Positions 1 through 9,964 are shown, numbered from the stretch's first letter. The stretch: 64,000 bases of DNA from an uncultured Candidatus Binatia bacterium (GCA_965213675.1 OZ243916.1:480001-544000), one strand, 5' to 3'. A program made the numbers and translations. The notes: generated from the sequence alone by a model not told the origin.

Positions 1-189
1 GGCACGGACGAACGCAAGACCATCGCGCAACGCTGGCGGCGGGCGCAGGACGAGATTCAGGAAATCGAGGGGTACGATTATTTCATCGTGAACCGCGATG
101 TCGGCGACGCGGTGACGCAGCTGGCCGCCATCATTGCGGCTGAAAGGGTCAAGGTTTGCAGGTTCATCCAGAGTCGGAAGCCCGGGTAA
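1..189 (+). CDS. gmk: Guanylate kinase, C-terminal part (truncated by window edge)
   Basis: Frame 1 reads GTDERKTIAQRWRRAQDEIQEIEGYDYFIVNRDVGDAVTQLAAIIAAER...*, matching the Gmk C-terminus (GTD...YDYxIVN...LxAIIxAER); lies upstream of rel/spoT as usual. Confidence 0.88.
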   Translation, partial: GTDERKTIAQRWRRAQDEIQEIEGYDYFIVNRDVGDAVTQLAAIIAAERVKVCRFIQSRKPG

Positions 190-2366
190 GGCCGCGTCGC
201 CGCGCGCGTGGCGCGGCCGGCCAGGGTGTCGCCAACGAGCTGATCGAAAAGGTCCTGCAGTACCAGCCCGCGCTGGACGTGGAACCGCTGCGTCAAGCGT
301 GCCGGTTCACGGCACAGGTGCACGAGGGTCAGAAGCGCCTGTCCGGGGAACCCTACGTGAACCATCCGCTGGCGGTGGCGGGCATTCTGGCGGACCTGAA
401 GCTGGATCTTCCCAGCATCATCGGCGGCATGTTGCACGACACCGTCGAGGACACCTTGGCAACCCTGCCGCAGATCGAAGAGCAGTTCGGCGCGGAGATC
501 GCGGTGTTGGTGGACGGTGTCACCAAGCTCAGTCAGGTCAACTTCAACAGTCAGGAGGAGAAACAGGCCGAGAACTTCCGCAAGATGATCCTGGCCATGG
601 CCAAGGACATCCGGGTGGTGCTCATCAAGCTGGCCGACCGGACCCACAACATGCGCACGTTGCAGTACCTGCCCACGGAGAAGCAGCGGCGCATCGCCCA
701 GGAAACGCTGGACATCTATGCCCCCATCGCGCACCGGTTGGGGATTTACTGGATCAAGAGCGAACTGGAGGATCTGGCGCTCAAGTACCTGCGGCCGGAG
801 ATCTACGCCGAGTTGAAGCACAACGTGGCGCAGAAGCGAAAGAACCGGGAGAAATACACCAACGACGTCATATCGCGCATGAGCAAAGCCTTGGCGGAAG
901 AGGGCATCGACGGCGAGGTGAGTGGACGGCCCAAGCACTTTTTCAGCATCTTTCGCAAGATGGAGAACCAGAGCCTGGACTTCAGCCAGGTCTACGACCT
1001 CGTGGCTTTCCGGGTGCTGGTGGACACCCAGATCGAGTGCTACGAGGCCCTGGGTGTCGTCCACTCCAAGTGGCGGCCGGTGCCGGGCCGGTTCAAGGAC
1101 TACATCGCGCTTCCCAAGGCCAACATGTACCAGTCGTTGCATACTACGGTCATCGGCCCCGACGCGCACCGCATCGAGATTCAGATCCGCACCCACGACA
1201 TGCACCGCGTGGCCGAGGAGGGCATCGCCTCGCACTGGCGTTACAAGAAGGGCCAGGACCTGCAGGTGACCGACATCCAGCGGTTCACGTGGCTGCGGCA
1301 GCTCCTCGAATGGCAGCAGAACCTTTCCGACCCCCAGGAGTTCCTGCACAGCATCAAGGAGGATCTGTTCCCCGACGAAGTCTATGTCTTCACGCCCGGG
1401 GGCGACCTGCACAGCTTTCCCAAGGGCGCCACGATCATCGATTTCGCCTACCGCATCCATTCCGACATCGGACAACAGTGCTCCGGCGCGCGGGTCAACG
1501 GGCGCCTCGTTCCCTTCAAATACCTCCTGCGGAGCGGCGACACGGTGGAGATCATCACCACCCAGGAACAGACCCCGAGCCGGGACTGGCTGAAGGTGGC
1601 CAAGACGCCTCGCGCCAAGTCCCGGATTCGCGCCTGGATGGCCGCGCAGCAGCGCGCGCGCAGCGTGGCCCTGGGACGCGAGATCCTCGAGGGAGACCTT
1701 GGGCGCCACGGACTGCATTACCAGGTCCTCCAAGAGCAGGGGACCGTGGATACGCTGGCGCGCGAGCTTGGAGTCCGGAACGAAGAGGGCCTGTTGGCCG
1801 GCATCGGCTATGGCAAGGTGATGTCGCGCCAGGTGTTGGCCAAGCTGCTCCCGCCGGAACAGATCCAGAAGGACAACGAACAGATCGAGGGCGGTCTGGA
1901 ACGCCTTTTCCGGCTGGTGGGCTCACGGGACCGCGGTGTGCGCGTCAAGGGCATCGACGATGTGCTGGTGCGGTTTGCGCGCTGCTGCCATCCGCTGCCG
2001 GGCGAGGACATCGCCGGCATCATCACGCGCGGGCGCGGGGTGACGGTTCACGTGGGCGGCTGCCCGACGGCGCTTGAGGGCGACCGGGACCGGAAGGTGG
2101 AAGTGAGTTGGGCGGACGATGTGCGGATGCCACGGGCGGTGAAGATCGAGGTAACCTGCGCCGACAAGCCCGGCCTTCTCGCGGCCATCAGCGCGGCCAT
2201 CTCGGAGGCGGGGGTCAATATCACGCGCGCTCACATACGTACGTTCGACGACAGGGCCGTGAACACGTTCGAGATCATGATCGGAAGCTTCGATCAGTTG
2301 GGGCGGGTGCTGCAGGATATCTCGCAGGTGAAGGGCGTATACCGGGCCAACCGGGTTCAGGTATAG
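156..2366 (+). CDS. relA: Bifunctional (p)ppGpp synthetase/hydrolase Rel/SpoT
   Basis: HD hydrolase motifs (HEGQKRLSGEPY, LHDTVED), synthetase GRFKDY/YQSLHT, TGS (VYVFTP) and C-terminal CC/ACT domains. Start codon uncertain (TTG at 156 overlaps gmk). Confidence 0.96.
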   Translation: MQVHPESEARVRPRRRARGAAGQGVANELIEKVLQYQPALDVEPLRQACRFTAQVHEGQKRLSGEPYVNHPLAVAGILADLKLDLPSIIGGMLHDTVEDTLATLPQIEEQFGAEIAVLVDGVTKLSQVNFNSQEEKQAENFRKMILAMAKDIRVVLIKLADRTHNMRTLQYLPTEKQRRIAQETLDIYAPIAHRLGIYWIKSELEDLALKYLRPEIYAELKHNVAQKRKNREKYTNDVISRMSKALAEEGIDGEVSGRPKHFFSIFRKMENQSLDFSQVYDLVAFRVLVDTQIECYEALGVVHSKWRPVPGRFKDYIALPKANMYQSLHTTVIGPDAHRIEIQIRTHDMHRVAEEGIASHWRYKKGQDLQVTDIQRFTWLRQLLEWQQNLSDPQEFLHSIKEDLFPDEVYVFTPGGDLHSFPKGATIIDFAYRIHSDIGQQCSGARVNGRLVPFKYLLRSGDTVEIITTQEQTPSRDWLKVAKTPRAKSRIRAWMAAQQRARSVALGREILEGDLGRHGLHYQVLQEQGTVDTLARELGVRNEEGLLAGIGYGKVMSRQVLAKLLPPEQIQKDNEQIEGGLERLFRLVGSRDRGVRVKGIDDVLVRFARCCHPLPGEDIAGIITRGRGVTVHVGGCPTALEGDRDRKVEVSWADDVRMPRAVKIEVTCADKPGLLAAISAAISEAGVNITRAHIRTFDDRAVNTFEIMIGSFDQLGRVLQDISQVKGVYRANRVQV

Positions 2367-2458
2367 TGTCCGGGTCGCACCGACCGCTTCCCGCGCCTGG
2401 AGTCGGTGGGGTTCATTGAAGCGTGGCTAGAGGCAGTCTCCCGGGTTCGGATCGGCCG

Positions 2459-2650
2459 TCAGGCGACCTTTTCGACCTTGCCGGATCGCAGACACCGGGT
2501 GCACACGCGAATGCGCTTCACCGCGCCGTCCAACCGTGCGCGAACCGGCTGCAGATTGGGGAGCCAGCGGCGCCGGGTCTTGTTGTTGGCATGGCTGACG
2601 TTGTTGCCGACGGAGGGTCCCTTGCCGCAAATGGTGCATCTTCTGGCCAT
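2459..2650 (-). CDS. rpmB: 50S ribosomal protein L28
   Basis: [34 protein letters not shown]...[10 protein letters not shown]; ATG at 2650. Confidence 0.97.
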   Translation of the reverse strand: MARRCTICGKGPSVGNNVSHANNKTRRRWLPNLQPVRARLDGAVKRIRVCTRCLRSGKVEKVA

Positions 2651-3087
2651 GGTTACTGTTCCCGTATCCTTTCGATCAGTTTCGCCGAGGAGCAACGCTG
2701 CAGGCGCGTCACGATGACGACATGGCCGCCGTTGGCCTCCGCCGCCATCCTCCTCAGGAGATCTCCTCATGAGATCCGCCTGGCGCCGGTCGCCGCCCTT
2801 GACAAGCACATCCGGTTACACGGGACGAATGGTACCACAGAGTTCCGGATTTGCGAAGCCCGTGACGTTGCCGGCCATCTACCGGGGCGCCCTCATCCCC
2901 ACGCGGTGGTTCTGCGTGTCCGGTCGTGATTCTGGCGGATGCGTTCAAATGGAGCGCATTCACATGCAACCATGACGCGAGGTTCGAGTCGATACGGAAT
3001 AGCACGTCGCCCCGAAGCGTTGCACGTTGTGTTTTATTTTCGACCATGTTAAGCGATATAAAAAACGAGAGACATGGGAGGAGCCAA

Positions 3088-3468
3088 ATGGCGTTGGATT
3101 TACGGGACAGCGTTCGAAAACAGATCGACCTTTTCAAGAAGGAACTGGCGGCGGCCAACGAACGCGTCGACAATCTGAAGGATGAGATCAAGCGGTATGA
3201 GGTCATTCACGAGATGCTCGCCGGTGACGACAAGCCGGCGCCGCGTCGAGGTCGTCCTCGCGGGCCGCAGAAGCGCGGTCCCAGCGGCTCCATGATCGAC
3301 TGGAACGCCATTTTCGAAACCCTGCCCAACGAATTCAACCTCGATACCATTGGCGCCAACGAGACCGCTCAGGAGAAGCCGCGCGCCTACCTCAGGCAGG
3401 TGGTGGTGCGCTGGTCCAAGGAAGGCCGCATCAGCCGCGTCGGACGAGGCCAGTACCGCAAGGCGTGA
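3088..3468 (+). CDS. Hypothetical small DNA-binding-like protein (coiled coil, RGRP AT-hook-like motif, winged-helix-like C-terminus)
   Basis: Strong RBS GGAGGAG before ATG 3088; heptad-rich N-terminus, PRRGRPRG, and C-terminal WSKEGRISRVGRGQY wing-like motif. Confidence 0.75.
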   Translation: MALDLRDSVRKQIDLFKKELAAANERVDNLKDEIKRYEVIHEMLAGDDKPAPRRGRPRGPQKRGPSGSMIDWNAIFETLPNEFNLDTIGANETAQEKPRAYLRQVVVRWSKEGRISRVGRGQYRKA

Positions 3469-3537
3469 ACCTCTCCATGGATGCGCGTCATGCGCACGCT
3501 GGCCCCCGGGTCAAGCGCGTGCGTGCACGCGCGGAGC

Positions 3538-3554
3538 GGTCAAGACTCTTGACC
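3538..3554. promoter_or_regulatory. Perfect palindrome upstream of UbiD gene (candidate operator)
   Basis: GGTCAAGA-C-TCTTGACC, containing a TTGACC -35-like hexamer about 80 bp before the ATG. Confidence 0.35.
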
Positions 3555-3631
3555 GGCCCGCTTGCCCCGCTGGACGCGTTCGGGCGTGCGACCATAACCC
3601 GCGTAATCAACCGTCAGAAATTGGAGGTCCC

Positions 3632-5074
3632 ATGCAGTTCAATGATTGTCGTGAGTGGATCGAGAAAGCGGATGCCATGGGCGAACTCAAGACCCTCAAG
3701 GGGTGCAACTGGGATCTTGAGATCGGCGCCATCACCGAAATGGTCATGCGCAGGGAAGACGGCCCGGCCGTTTTGTTCGACGAGATCAAGGACTATCCCG
3801 CGGGCTACCGGGTCCTGTCCAACACCCTGACCTCGCGCAAGCGTATCGGGCTCACACTGAATCTGCCGCCCGGCGACAGCAAGATGGAGTTCGTCAATAC
3901 CTGGCGGAATCACTACAAGAACATCAAGCCGGTTCCCGCCAGGGTGCTCAAGGACAGTCCGTTGTTCGAGAACGTCTTCGAGGAAGGCAACATCGACCTG
4001 TTTAAGTTCCCCACGCCCCGCTGGCACGAACGCGACGGTGGCCGCTACATCGGCACCGGCAGCATCGACATCACCTCCGACCGTGACGAGGGCTGGACCA
4101 ACTGGGGTACGTACCGGGTGATGGTGCACGACTCGGACACGGTGGGATTCTACATTTCGCCGGGCAAGCACGGGCGTATTCACCGGGACAAGTATCAACA
4201 GACCGGCGAGTCCTTCAAGATGGCCATGTCCTTCGGCCATGATCCGCTGGTGTTCCTGGGCGGCAGCATCGAGGTCCCCTACGGAGTGCCCGAGTACGAT
4301 TTCCTGGGCGGCATTCGGGGCGAGCCCCTGGATGTGGTGAAGGCGCCGTACTCCGGCCTGATGGTTCCGGCCAACGCGGAGATCGTGGTGGAAGGCGACG
4401 TGCTCTTCAACGAGGATCGCGTGGAAGGTCCCTTCGGCGAGTGGACCGGCTACTACGCCAGCGCCGAGCGCAACGAGCCCATCGTCAAGATCAAGCGGCT
4501 TTACCATCGCAACAACCCCATCATTCTGGGATCGCCTCCGGGACGGCCGCCGGCCGAACTGGGGTGGTACCGGTCGTACCTGCGCTCCGCCCTGATCTGG
4601 GACGAGATGGAGAAGGCGGGCGTGCCGGACGTGAAGGGCGTGTGGCTGATGGTGGCGGGCGGAAGCCGCCTGGTGATGGTGGTTTCCATCAAACAGCGCT
4701 ATCCGGGGCACGCGCGCCAGGCCGCGGTGGTGGCGTCGCAGTGCCATGCGGGCGCCTATCTCGGCCGTTATGTCATCGTGGTGGACGACGATATCGATCC
4801 GTCCAACACCGACGACGTTATCTGGGCCATGGCCACGCGCTCGGATCCCGACGCGGACATCGACATCATCCGGCGCTGTTGGAGCGGTCCGCTGGACCCG
4901 ATCGTGCATCCCACCAAGAAGGGTTTCAACTCGCGCGCCATCATCGACGCGTGCCGTCCCTACGAATGGATGGATCAGTTTCCTCCGGTGGCGGAATCGC
5001 CCCGGGAAGTGCTGGATGCCACCGAGAAGAAGTGGGGCAAGATTCTGTTCAGCACCAACGGCACAGGCGCATAG
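3632..5074 (+). CDS. UbiD family prFMN-dependent (de)carboxylase
   Basis: EGPFGEWTGYY motif, GPAVLF, IIDACRP; RBS GGAGG before ATG 3632. Confidence 0.93.
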   Translation: MQFNDCREWIEKADAMGELKTLKGCNWDLEIGAITEMVMRREDGPAVLFDEIKDYPAGYRVLSNTLTSRKRIGLTLNLPPGDSKMEFVNTWRNHYKNIKPVPARVLKDSPLFENVFEEGNIDLFKFPTPRWHERDGGRYIGTGSIDITSDRDEGWTNWGTYRVMVHDSDTVGFYISPGKHGRIHRDKYQQTGESFKMAMSFGHDPLVFLGGSIEVPYGVPEYDFLGGIRGEPLDVVKAPYSGLMVPANAEIVVEGDVLFNEDRVEGPFGEWTGYYASAERNEPIVKIKRLYHRNNPIILGSPPGRPPAELGWYRSYLRSALIWDEMEKAGVPDVKGVWLMVAGGSRLVMVVSIKQRYPGHARQAAVVASQCHAGAYLGRYVIVVDDDIDPSNTDDVIWAMATRSDPDADIDIIRRCWSGPLDPIVHPTKKGFNSRAIIDACRPYEWMDQFPPVAESPREVLDATEKKWGKILFSTNGTGA

Positions 5075-5096
5075 CCTGAGTTCGCGTTTTCCGGTT

Positions 5097-5888
5097 TCAT
5101 CGAGACGGCGGGCTTGTCACCAGCGTGACGAGCTTGCCGTCTCTTTGTATGTTGAAGACGTGGAACTGCCGGTTGGGGGAGGCGTGGAGTATTTCCAGGA
5201 GTTCGCGGCCGTTTCGGACGGGCTCGCCGTCCACTTGGGTGACCACGTCTCCACGCCGGAGCCCGAGCCGATGGGCGGCGCTGTCCCTTTCGACGTGAGC
5301 CACCAGGGCGCCGGTATCCACCGTCGCGCCAAACAACCGCGCCAGATCCGTGGTGAGGTCCTGCACCTGCATGCCCATGGCGCGTGAGACCGCGTCCCGT
5401 GGCTTCGATTCCGATCCGTCCAGTTCGACGCCCTGCCGCAGCACCTCGGGCGTGGCATAGACGGGCGCGTCCGTTCGCAAGGCCACGGCAATGGCGTCGC
5501 TGGGACGAGCGTCAATGCGAACGCGCCTGTCGTTCGTGGTCAGGGTGAGGACCGCGAAATAGGTGCTTTCCCGCAACTCCGTGATGGTCACGCGTTCCAA
5601 CGTGGCGTTGAGGCTCGTCAACACGTTCTGGATCAGGTCATGGGTACGGGGCCTGGACGGTTTTTCCTGTTTCAGCGCGCGGGCAATGGCGGCGGCTTCG
5701 GCGTTGCCGACCCAGATGGGGAGCAGCCGTCCACCGCCGGCCAGCAGCACCACCGGCGTTCCGTGTGCGGGGTCCACCACCACCTGCCGAACTTCCATGC
5801 GGACGGGTTGCGCGTGTGCGCTCCCATTCTGAAATGAGAGTCCCAGGAGCGTCCCGAACAGCAGGGCGCGCACGGTGCGCGCCAACAC
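5097..5888 (-). CDS. Bifunctional nuclease (DUF151/BFN) domain protein with C-terminal PDZ and probable signal peptide
   Basis: LPIWVGxxEA, RPRTHDL and IDARPSDAIAVALR motifs; PDZ (GALVAHVERDSAAHRLGLRRGDVVTQVDG); N-terminal hydrophobic stretch ending SAHA. Start uncertain. Confidence 0.82.
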   Translation of the reverse strand: MLARTVRALLFGTLLGLSFQNGSAHAQPVRMEVRQVVVDPAHGTPVVLLAGGGRLLPIWVGNAEAAAIARALKQEKPSRPRTHDLIQNVLTSLNATLERVTITELRESTYFAVLTLTTNDRRVRIDARPSDAIAVALRTDAPVYATPEVLRQGVELDGSESKPRDAVSRAMGMQVQDLTTDLARLFGATVDTGALVAHVERDSAAHRLGLRRGDVVTQVDGEPVRNGRELLEILHASPNRQFHVFNIQRDGKLVTLVTSPPSR

Positions 5889-6061
5889 CCTCCTCAACCG
5901 CTGTGCCCGGAATCCGCACCGCACGGCTGGCCAATCGCCCTCCATGCCGCGGAGCTTGGTCATCGGCGTTGCCCGGTGTCCACAACGTGGCCGAAGGGCA
6001 GGAAACGCCCGCGGCAACCGGTTCGCCTGAATTGGGTTCAAGGACGGGGTGGACGTGTCGA

Positions 6062-7366
6062 TCATCCGCTGCCCGATCCGGTCAGACGCAATACCATGCC
6101 GGCCATGAGCATGGCGCCGTGGGCCAGCGCGCGCTCGTCCACATCGAAGGTGGCGGTGTGGTGTCCGGTGGGAGCGCCGCCTCCCAGCAGGAAGTAGAGG
6201 GACTTGCCGCCGCGTTCCTGGACCCGGCGCATGAAATACGTGGCGTCCTCGCCGCCGCCCAGGGGACGGGCGTCGTGGACTCGGAAGTCCACGGGTGACG
6301 ACCCGGCCACCCATGCAAGGTGGCGCTTCATGTCCTCGTCCGACTTGGCGCCGATGGTGCGGCCGGTGATGGCGGTTTCGACGTCCACGCCCTGAAGCGT
6401 GGCCGCGCCCGACAGGCAGCGGCGCGCGCCTTCCTCCATGAGCTCGCAGATGTCGTCGGCGCCGCCGCGCACTTCGTATTTCATGAGCGCGTCGGAGGGC
6501 ACCACGTTGGTGCCGGTGCCGGCGTTCAGCACGCCGACGTTCACGAAGGTGGCGCCCTGGCCGTTGCGCGGCAGGGCGTGTAGTGCCAGCGTGGCCTGGC
6601 AGGCGGCCAGCAACGCGTTGCGCCCCCGTTCCGGGGCGCCGCCGGCATGGGCGGCCACGCCGCGGAAGCGCGCCTCCATCTTCACCGACGACAGGAAGTG
6701 CGTGGCCTCCAGGGCCACTTCCCCCAGCGGCAGCGTGGGGCCGCCCATGTGCAGGCAGGCGAAGTAGTCGGCGTCGTCCACCACCCCGGCTTCCACCATG
6801 GGATGGGCGCCGCGACCGCCTTCTTCCGCGGGCTGGAAGAGCAGCTTCACCCGCCCGCGCCAGTCCGGATCCTCGGCCAACAGTTCGGCCGCGCCCAGTC
6901 CGATGGTCACGTGGGCGTCGTGCCCGCAGGCGTGCATGATCGCGGGCCTTGCGGACGCGAACCCCTGAGCCACCGGCGGGTGGACGGGGTCGTCGGACTC
7001 GGACACCTCGGTGGCGTCCATGTCGAAGCGAAGCGCCACCGTGGGGCCGTCGCCGCGCTCGAGAATGCCCACCGCTCCGGGGATTTCGATGTCACGGGCC
7101 ACTTCGCCCGCCTGGGCCCGACTCTCCCGCACCACGGCGTCTTCCGGCCATCCGCGCACCGCGTCCGGATGCACGCAGTCCGATCCCGTCTCCACGCGGT
7201 ACCCCAGCTCGCGCAGCCGCTTCGCCACCATGCCAGTGGTGCGGAACTCGGTCCAGCCGGCCTCCGGATACCGGTGCAGGCCACGCCGGATCCCGGTCAA
7301 GGCGGGGAGTTTGCGTTCCGACTGACGGGCGAGTTCCTTCAGGCGTTCCGTGATGTCTTGTGGCAT
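6062..7366 (-). CDS. M20 amidohydrolase (AbgA-like)
   Basis: HRYPEAGWTEFRT, LRFDMDA, MHACGHD, FQPAEEG, GGEDA and GHH motifs. Confidence 0.9.
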   Translation of the reverse strand: MPQDITERLKELARQSERKLPALTGIRRGLHRYPEAGWTEFRTTGMVAKRLRELGYRVETGSDCVHPDAVRGWPEDAVVRESRAQAGEVARDIEIPGAVGILERGDGPTVALRFDMDATEVSESDDPVHPPVAQGFASARPAIMHACGHDAHVTIGLGAAELLAEDPDWRGRVKLLFQPAEEGGRGAHPMVEAGVVDDADYFACLHMGGPTLPLGEVALEATHFLSSVKMEARFRGVAAHAGGAPERGRNALLAACQATLALHALPRNGQGATFVNVGVLNAGTGTNVVPSDALMKYEVRGGADDICELMEEGARRCLSGAATLQGVDVETAITGRTIGAKSDEDMKRHLAWVAGSSPVDFRVHDARPLGGGEDATYFMRRVQERGGKSLYFLLGGGAPTGHHTATFDVDERALAHGAMLMAGMVLRLTGSGSG

Positions 7367-7561
7367 AACATCCTCGTTTCACTGAGCCATGACTCGGTGA
7401 CTCGGATTGGCTCCCAGGCGCTTGCGCCGCAGGGATTCGCGAAAGCGAAAAGTCGGCATCACCGTCCCTTCAGCCGGTGGATTGAGGAGAATATCATGTC
7501 ATATTTGACGAAATCGAGGGGCGGAAGGCAGGGATGAGAGCGAATTTGCAGCCGTGAATGC

Positions 7562-8551
7562 CTACGGCGCAAGCGCTTGGCCTTCCCGAACGATCTCCAC
7601 CACGCGCCTGCGCTGTTCCTGGGTGCCCAGGGGCATGAGCAGGGGGAGGTCGAGGCCGCCTTGAATGAACTCGTCCAGGCGCCGCCGGCATTCCGCGGGA
7701 GTGCCGGTGACCGAGTGTGCGTGGACCACTTCGTCGCTGATGAGGCCCTTGGCCTCGTCCCATGCCCGGCGGCCAATGGCGTCGGCGAGCCGGTCCTGGT
7801 CCACCGTGCCGCCGCCGAGGCGCAGGTTTTCGGCGTGGTGCTTGTTGCGGAAAATGTAGGCCAGAAAGGTCTTGGTGGCGTCCATGGCCTCGCGCGGGTC
7901 GTCGGATACCGAAGCGGCGATGAAGCCGGCTACGTCGCCCTTGGCCGACTTTCCGGCCTGGGCCGCCCCCTTCTCCACTTCATCGACGCAGCGCCGAATA
8001 TAGGCGGGCGTGCAGCCCGCGGACAGCAGCACCCCGTCCGCGGTCTCGCCGGCCAGCCGCAGCATCCCGGGCCGAACCGCGGTCATGTAGATGGGTATCC
8101 CGGTTCCAGGCGTGAGTCCCATGCTGGCCCCACGCATGGTGAACACTTCGCCGTCGAACTCAACCGTCTCGCCCGCCAGCAGTCGGCGCAGCAGCGTCAT
8201 GTACTCGCGCATGGTCCTGAGCATCCGGCCGGGCTCGATGCCGATCTCCCGGAGCGCGGTGGGGTTGGCGGTGCCCGCGGTGGCGGCCACCCGTCCGGGG
8301 GCGAACTCCTCCATGGTGGCCAGCGCCATGGCCGTGACCATGGGATGGCGCGAGTAGGGGCTCAGGGGCGCCGGATTGACCTTGATCCGGGGGGTCCTGG
8401 CGAGGAACGCCATGGCCGAGGCAATGGAATCCCGGAAGCAGATGTGGTCGGACATCCAGATGGAGTCCATGCCGATGTCGTCGGCCAGTTGCGCCAACTC
8501 GATCATCTCCTGGATCGAGTAGAAGCCGTCGAAACACAAGCCCGCGTGCAT
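7562..8551 (-). CDS. LLM class flavin/F420-dependent oxidoreductase
   Basis: Luciferase-like monooxygenase pattern (WMSDH, RHPMVTAMALAT, LAGETADGVLL, GTPAECRRRL). Confidence 0.88.
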   Translation of the reverse strand: MHAGLCFDGFYSIQEMIELAQLADDIGMDSIWMSDHICFRDSIASAMAFLARTPRIKVNPAPLSPYSRHPMVTAMALATMEEFAPGRVAATAGTANPTALREIGIEPGRMLRTMREYMTLLRRLLAGETVEFDGEVFTMRGASMGLTPGTGIPIYMTAVRPGMLRLAGETADGVLLSAGCTPAYIRRCVDEVEKGAAQAGKSAKGDVAGFIAASVSDDPREAMDATKTFLAYIFRNKHHAENLRLGGGTVDQDRLADAIGRRAWDEAKGLISDEVVHAHSVTGTPAECRRRLDEFIQGGLDLPLLMPLGTQEQRRRVVEIVREGQALAP

Positions 8552-8911
8552 GGGTCACAGGGTAGAACAAAGGGGAGGGGAAGAAAAGACGAAGTCTTTC
8601 CAAAGACAAACGAGCCTGAAGAATGGGTGAGAAAGGTCGCTGCGCTGTTGCCGGGGAATACCATCGCTGGGTTCATGGGGCCGTCGCCATCGTGCCGGGG
8701 TGGCACGCGGCCGGACGCCCTCCCCGGACATCCGGCCGCGGCCCCGCTCACGGCCCCGCTCACGGCCAACCCGCTCCTCTTGCCGGCGAGAAGCGCGCGG
8801 ATGGAGACGCCGGCATGACGGCTGCGTAGCAGGCAGGGGCGCGGCGCGAGTTGAAACGCCGTACCGGGTATCATAAAAGGACCCGCGAAGGGGATGGGCG
8901 CGAGGGACGGA

Positions 8912-9295
8912 TTGCACGCGTTCAAGACCAAGGCGTTCGCCGGTTTCTCCGACCGCGAGGAGCTGGAGGATGCGGCGTTGTGCGACGCGGTCCGGCGTGC
9001 CGGGGAGGGGCTGATCGACGCCGACCTCGGCGGCGGTGTCATCAAGCAGCGCGTCGCCCGCAAGGGCAGCGGCCGGTCCGGTGGGTTCCGCATTATCGTG
9101 CTGTTCCGCCAGGGCGACCTGGCGTTTTTCGTGCATGGGTTTGCGAAGAGTGACCGGGATAACCTCCGGCGCAAGGAACTCACGGGGCTGCGGTTGCTGG
9201 CAAACGAGTATCTGGGGCTGGACGCGGCGGGTCTTTCGGCCGCGCAGGCGACTGGAGCGATAATCGAGGTGGAATGCGATGACCAAGCAGTATGA
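8912..9295 (+). CDS. Type II toxin, RelE/HigB-like
   Basis: FKTKAF...GLIDADLGGGVIKQRVAR.G.GRSGGFR...FFVHGFAKSDRDN pattern; toxin-first order and overlap with an XRE gene. TTG 8912 has an RBS; ATG 8894 is an alternative start. Confidence 0.88.
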   Translation: MHAFKTKAFAGFSDREELEDAALCDAVRRAGEGLIDADLGGGVIKQRVARKGSGRSGGFRIIVLFRQGDLAFFVHGFAKSDRDNLRRKELTGLRLLANEYLGLDAAGLSAAQATGAIIEVECDDQAV

Positions 9296-9596
9296 GAGCG
9301 AGGTGCTGGCGTCGGTGCACGAAGCCGCGCTAGGTCTGGCGGAGGCTGGCGTGATGCCGAAACGCACGATGCGCAAGTTCGACGAGATGTGCTTGACGCC
9401 GGTCGAAGATATGACGCCCGAGGACATCCGGGCGCTCCGTTTGCGCGAGCATGCGAGCCAAGCGGTGTTCGCGCGCTACCTCAACGTGACGACCGGCCTG
9501 GTGAGTCAGTGGGAGCGCGGCGAGAAGTGCCCGCGCGGCGCCTCGCTCAAGTTGCTGACACTTGTGGCCGAGAGCGGACTCGCGGCGGTCGCGTGA
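9279..9596 (+). CDS. XRE-family HTH antitoxin (HigA-like)
   Basis: MRKFDEMCL...IRALRLREHASQAVFARYLNVTTGLVSQWERGEKCP HTH; overlaps the toxin gene. Confidence 0.9.
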   Translation: MTKQYESEVLASVHEAALGLAEAGVMPKRTMRKFDEMCLTPVEDMTPEDIRALRLREHASQAVFARYLNVTTGLVSQWERGEKCPRGASLKLLTLVAESGLAAVA

Positions 9597-9964
9597 CGCC
9601 CTGGCACTACCTCAGTTAACACGACGAGAAAAACACATGCCTATTCGACGACATGGCAACGTCAATTTTGACAAATAGCACAAACTCCGATCCGCATTCG
9701 AAACACTTGTCAATAACGGCGTGTACAAGTCGAGTTCGAGTGGAGCCATCTGATGAACAAGCTGGCCACCCGCGCACCCGAGCGGTATCATGAGTTGCTT
9801 GCGGTGACTCTCCCCTTGTCACATCCATTGTTCCGCGTGGTCCCCGGCGCCGTGGCCCAGTGGGAGAAACCGAAAAGCCTGGTTGGCATCGACAGGGGAC
9901 GAATCGAGATTCTCGACCACATCATCAAGCCGCTGGGTGAGTCGCGGCATTCCGAGGAGGCATA

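Noticed and set aside
78-1733. Long antisense or alternate-frame ORFs (e.g. 78-1733, 18068-20374, 20414-22588, 40943-42754, 50073-52454)
   Set aside because: Shadow ORFs of real genes, expected at high GC; no recognisable motifs.
2653-2748. 31-codon uORF upstream of rpmB on the minus strand
   Set aside because: The SD-like GAGGAGG directly abuts the ATG with no spacing; no other support.
8739-8762. 12-bp tandem repeat CGGCCCCGCTCA
   Set aside because: Only two GC-rich copies; likely slippage.
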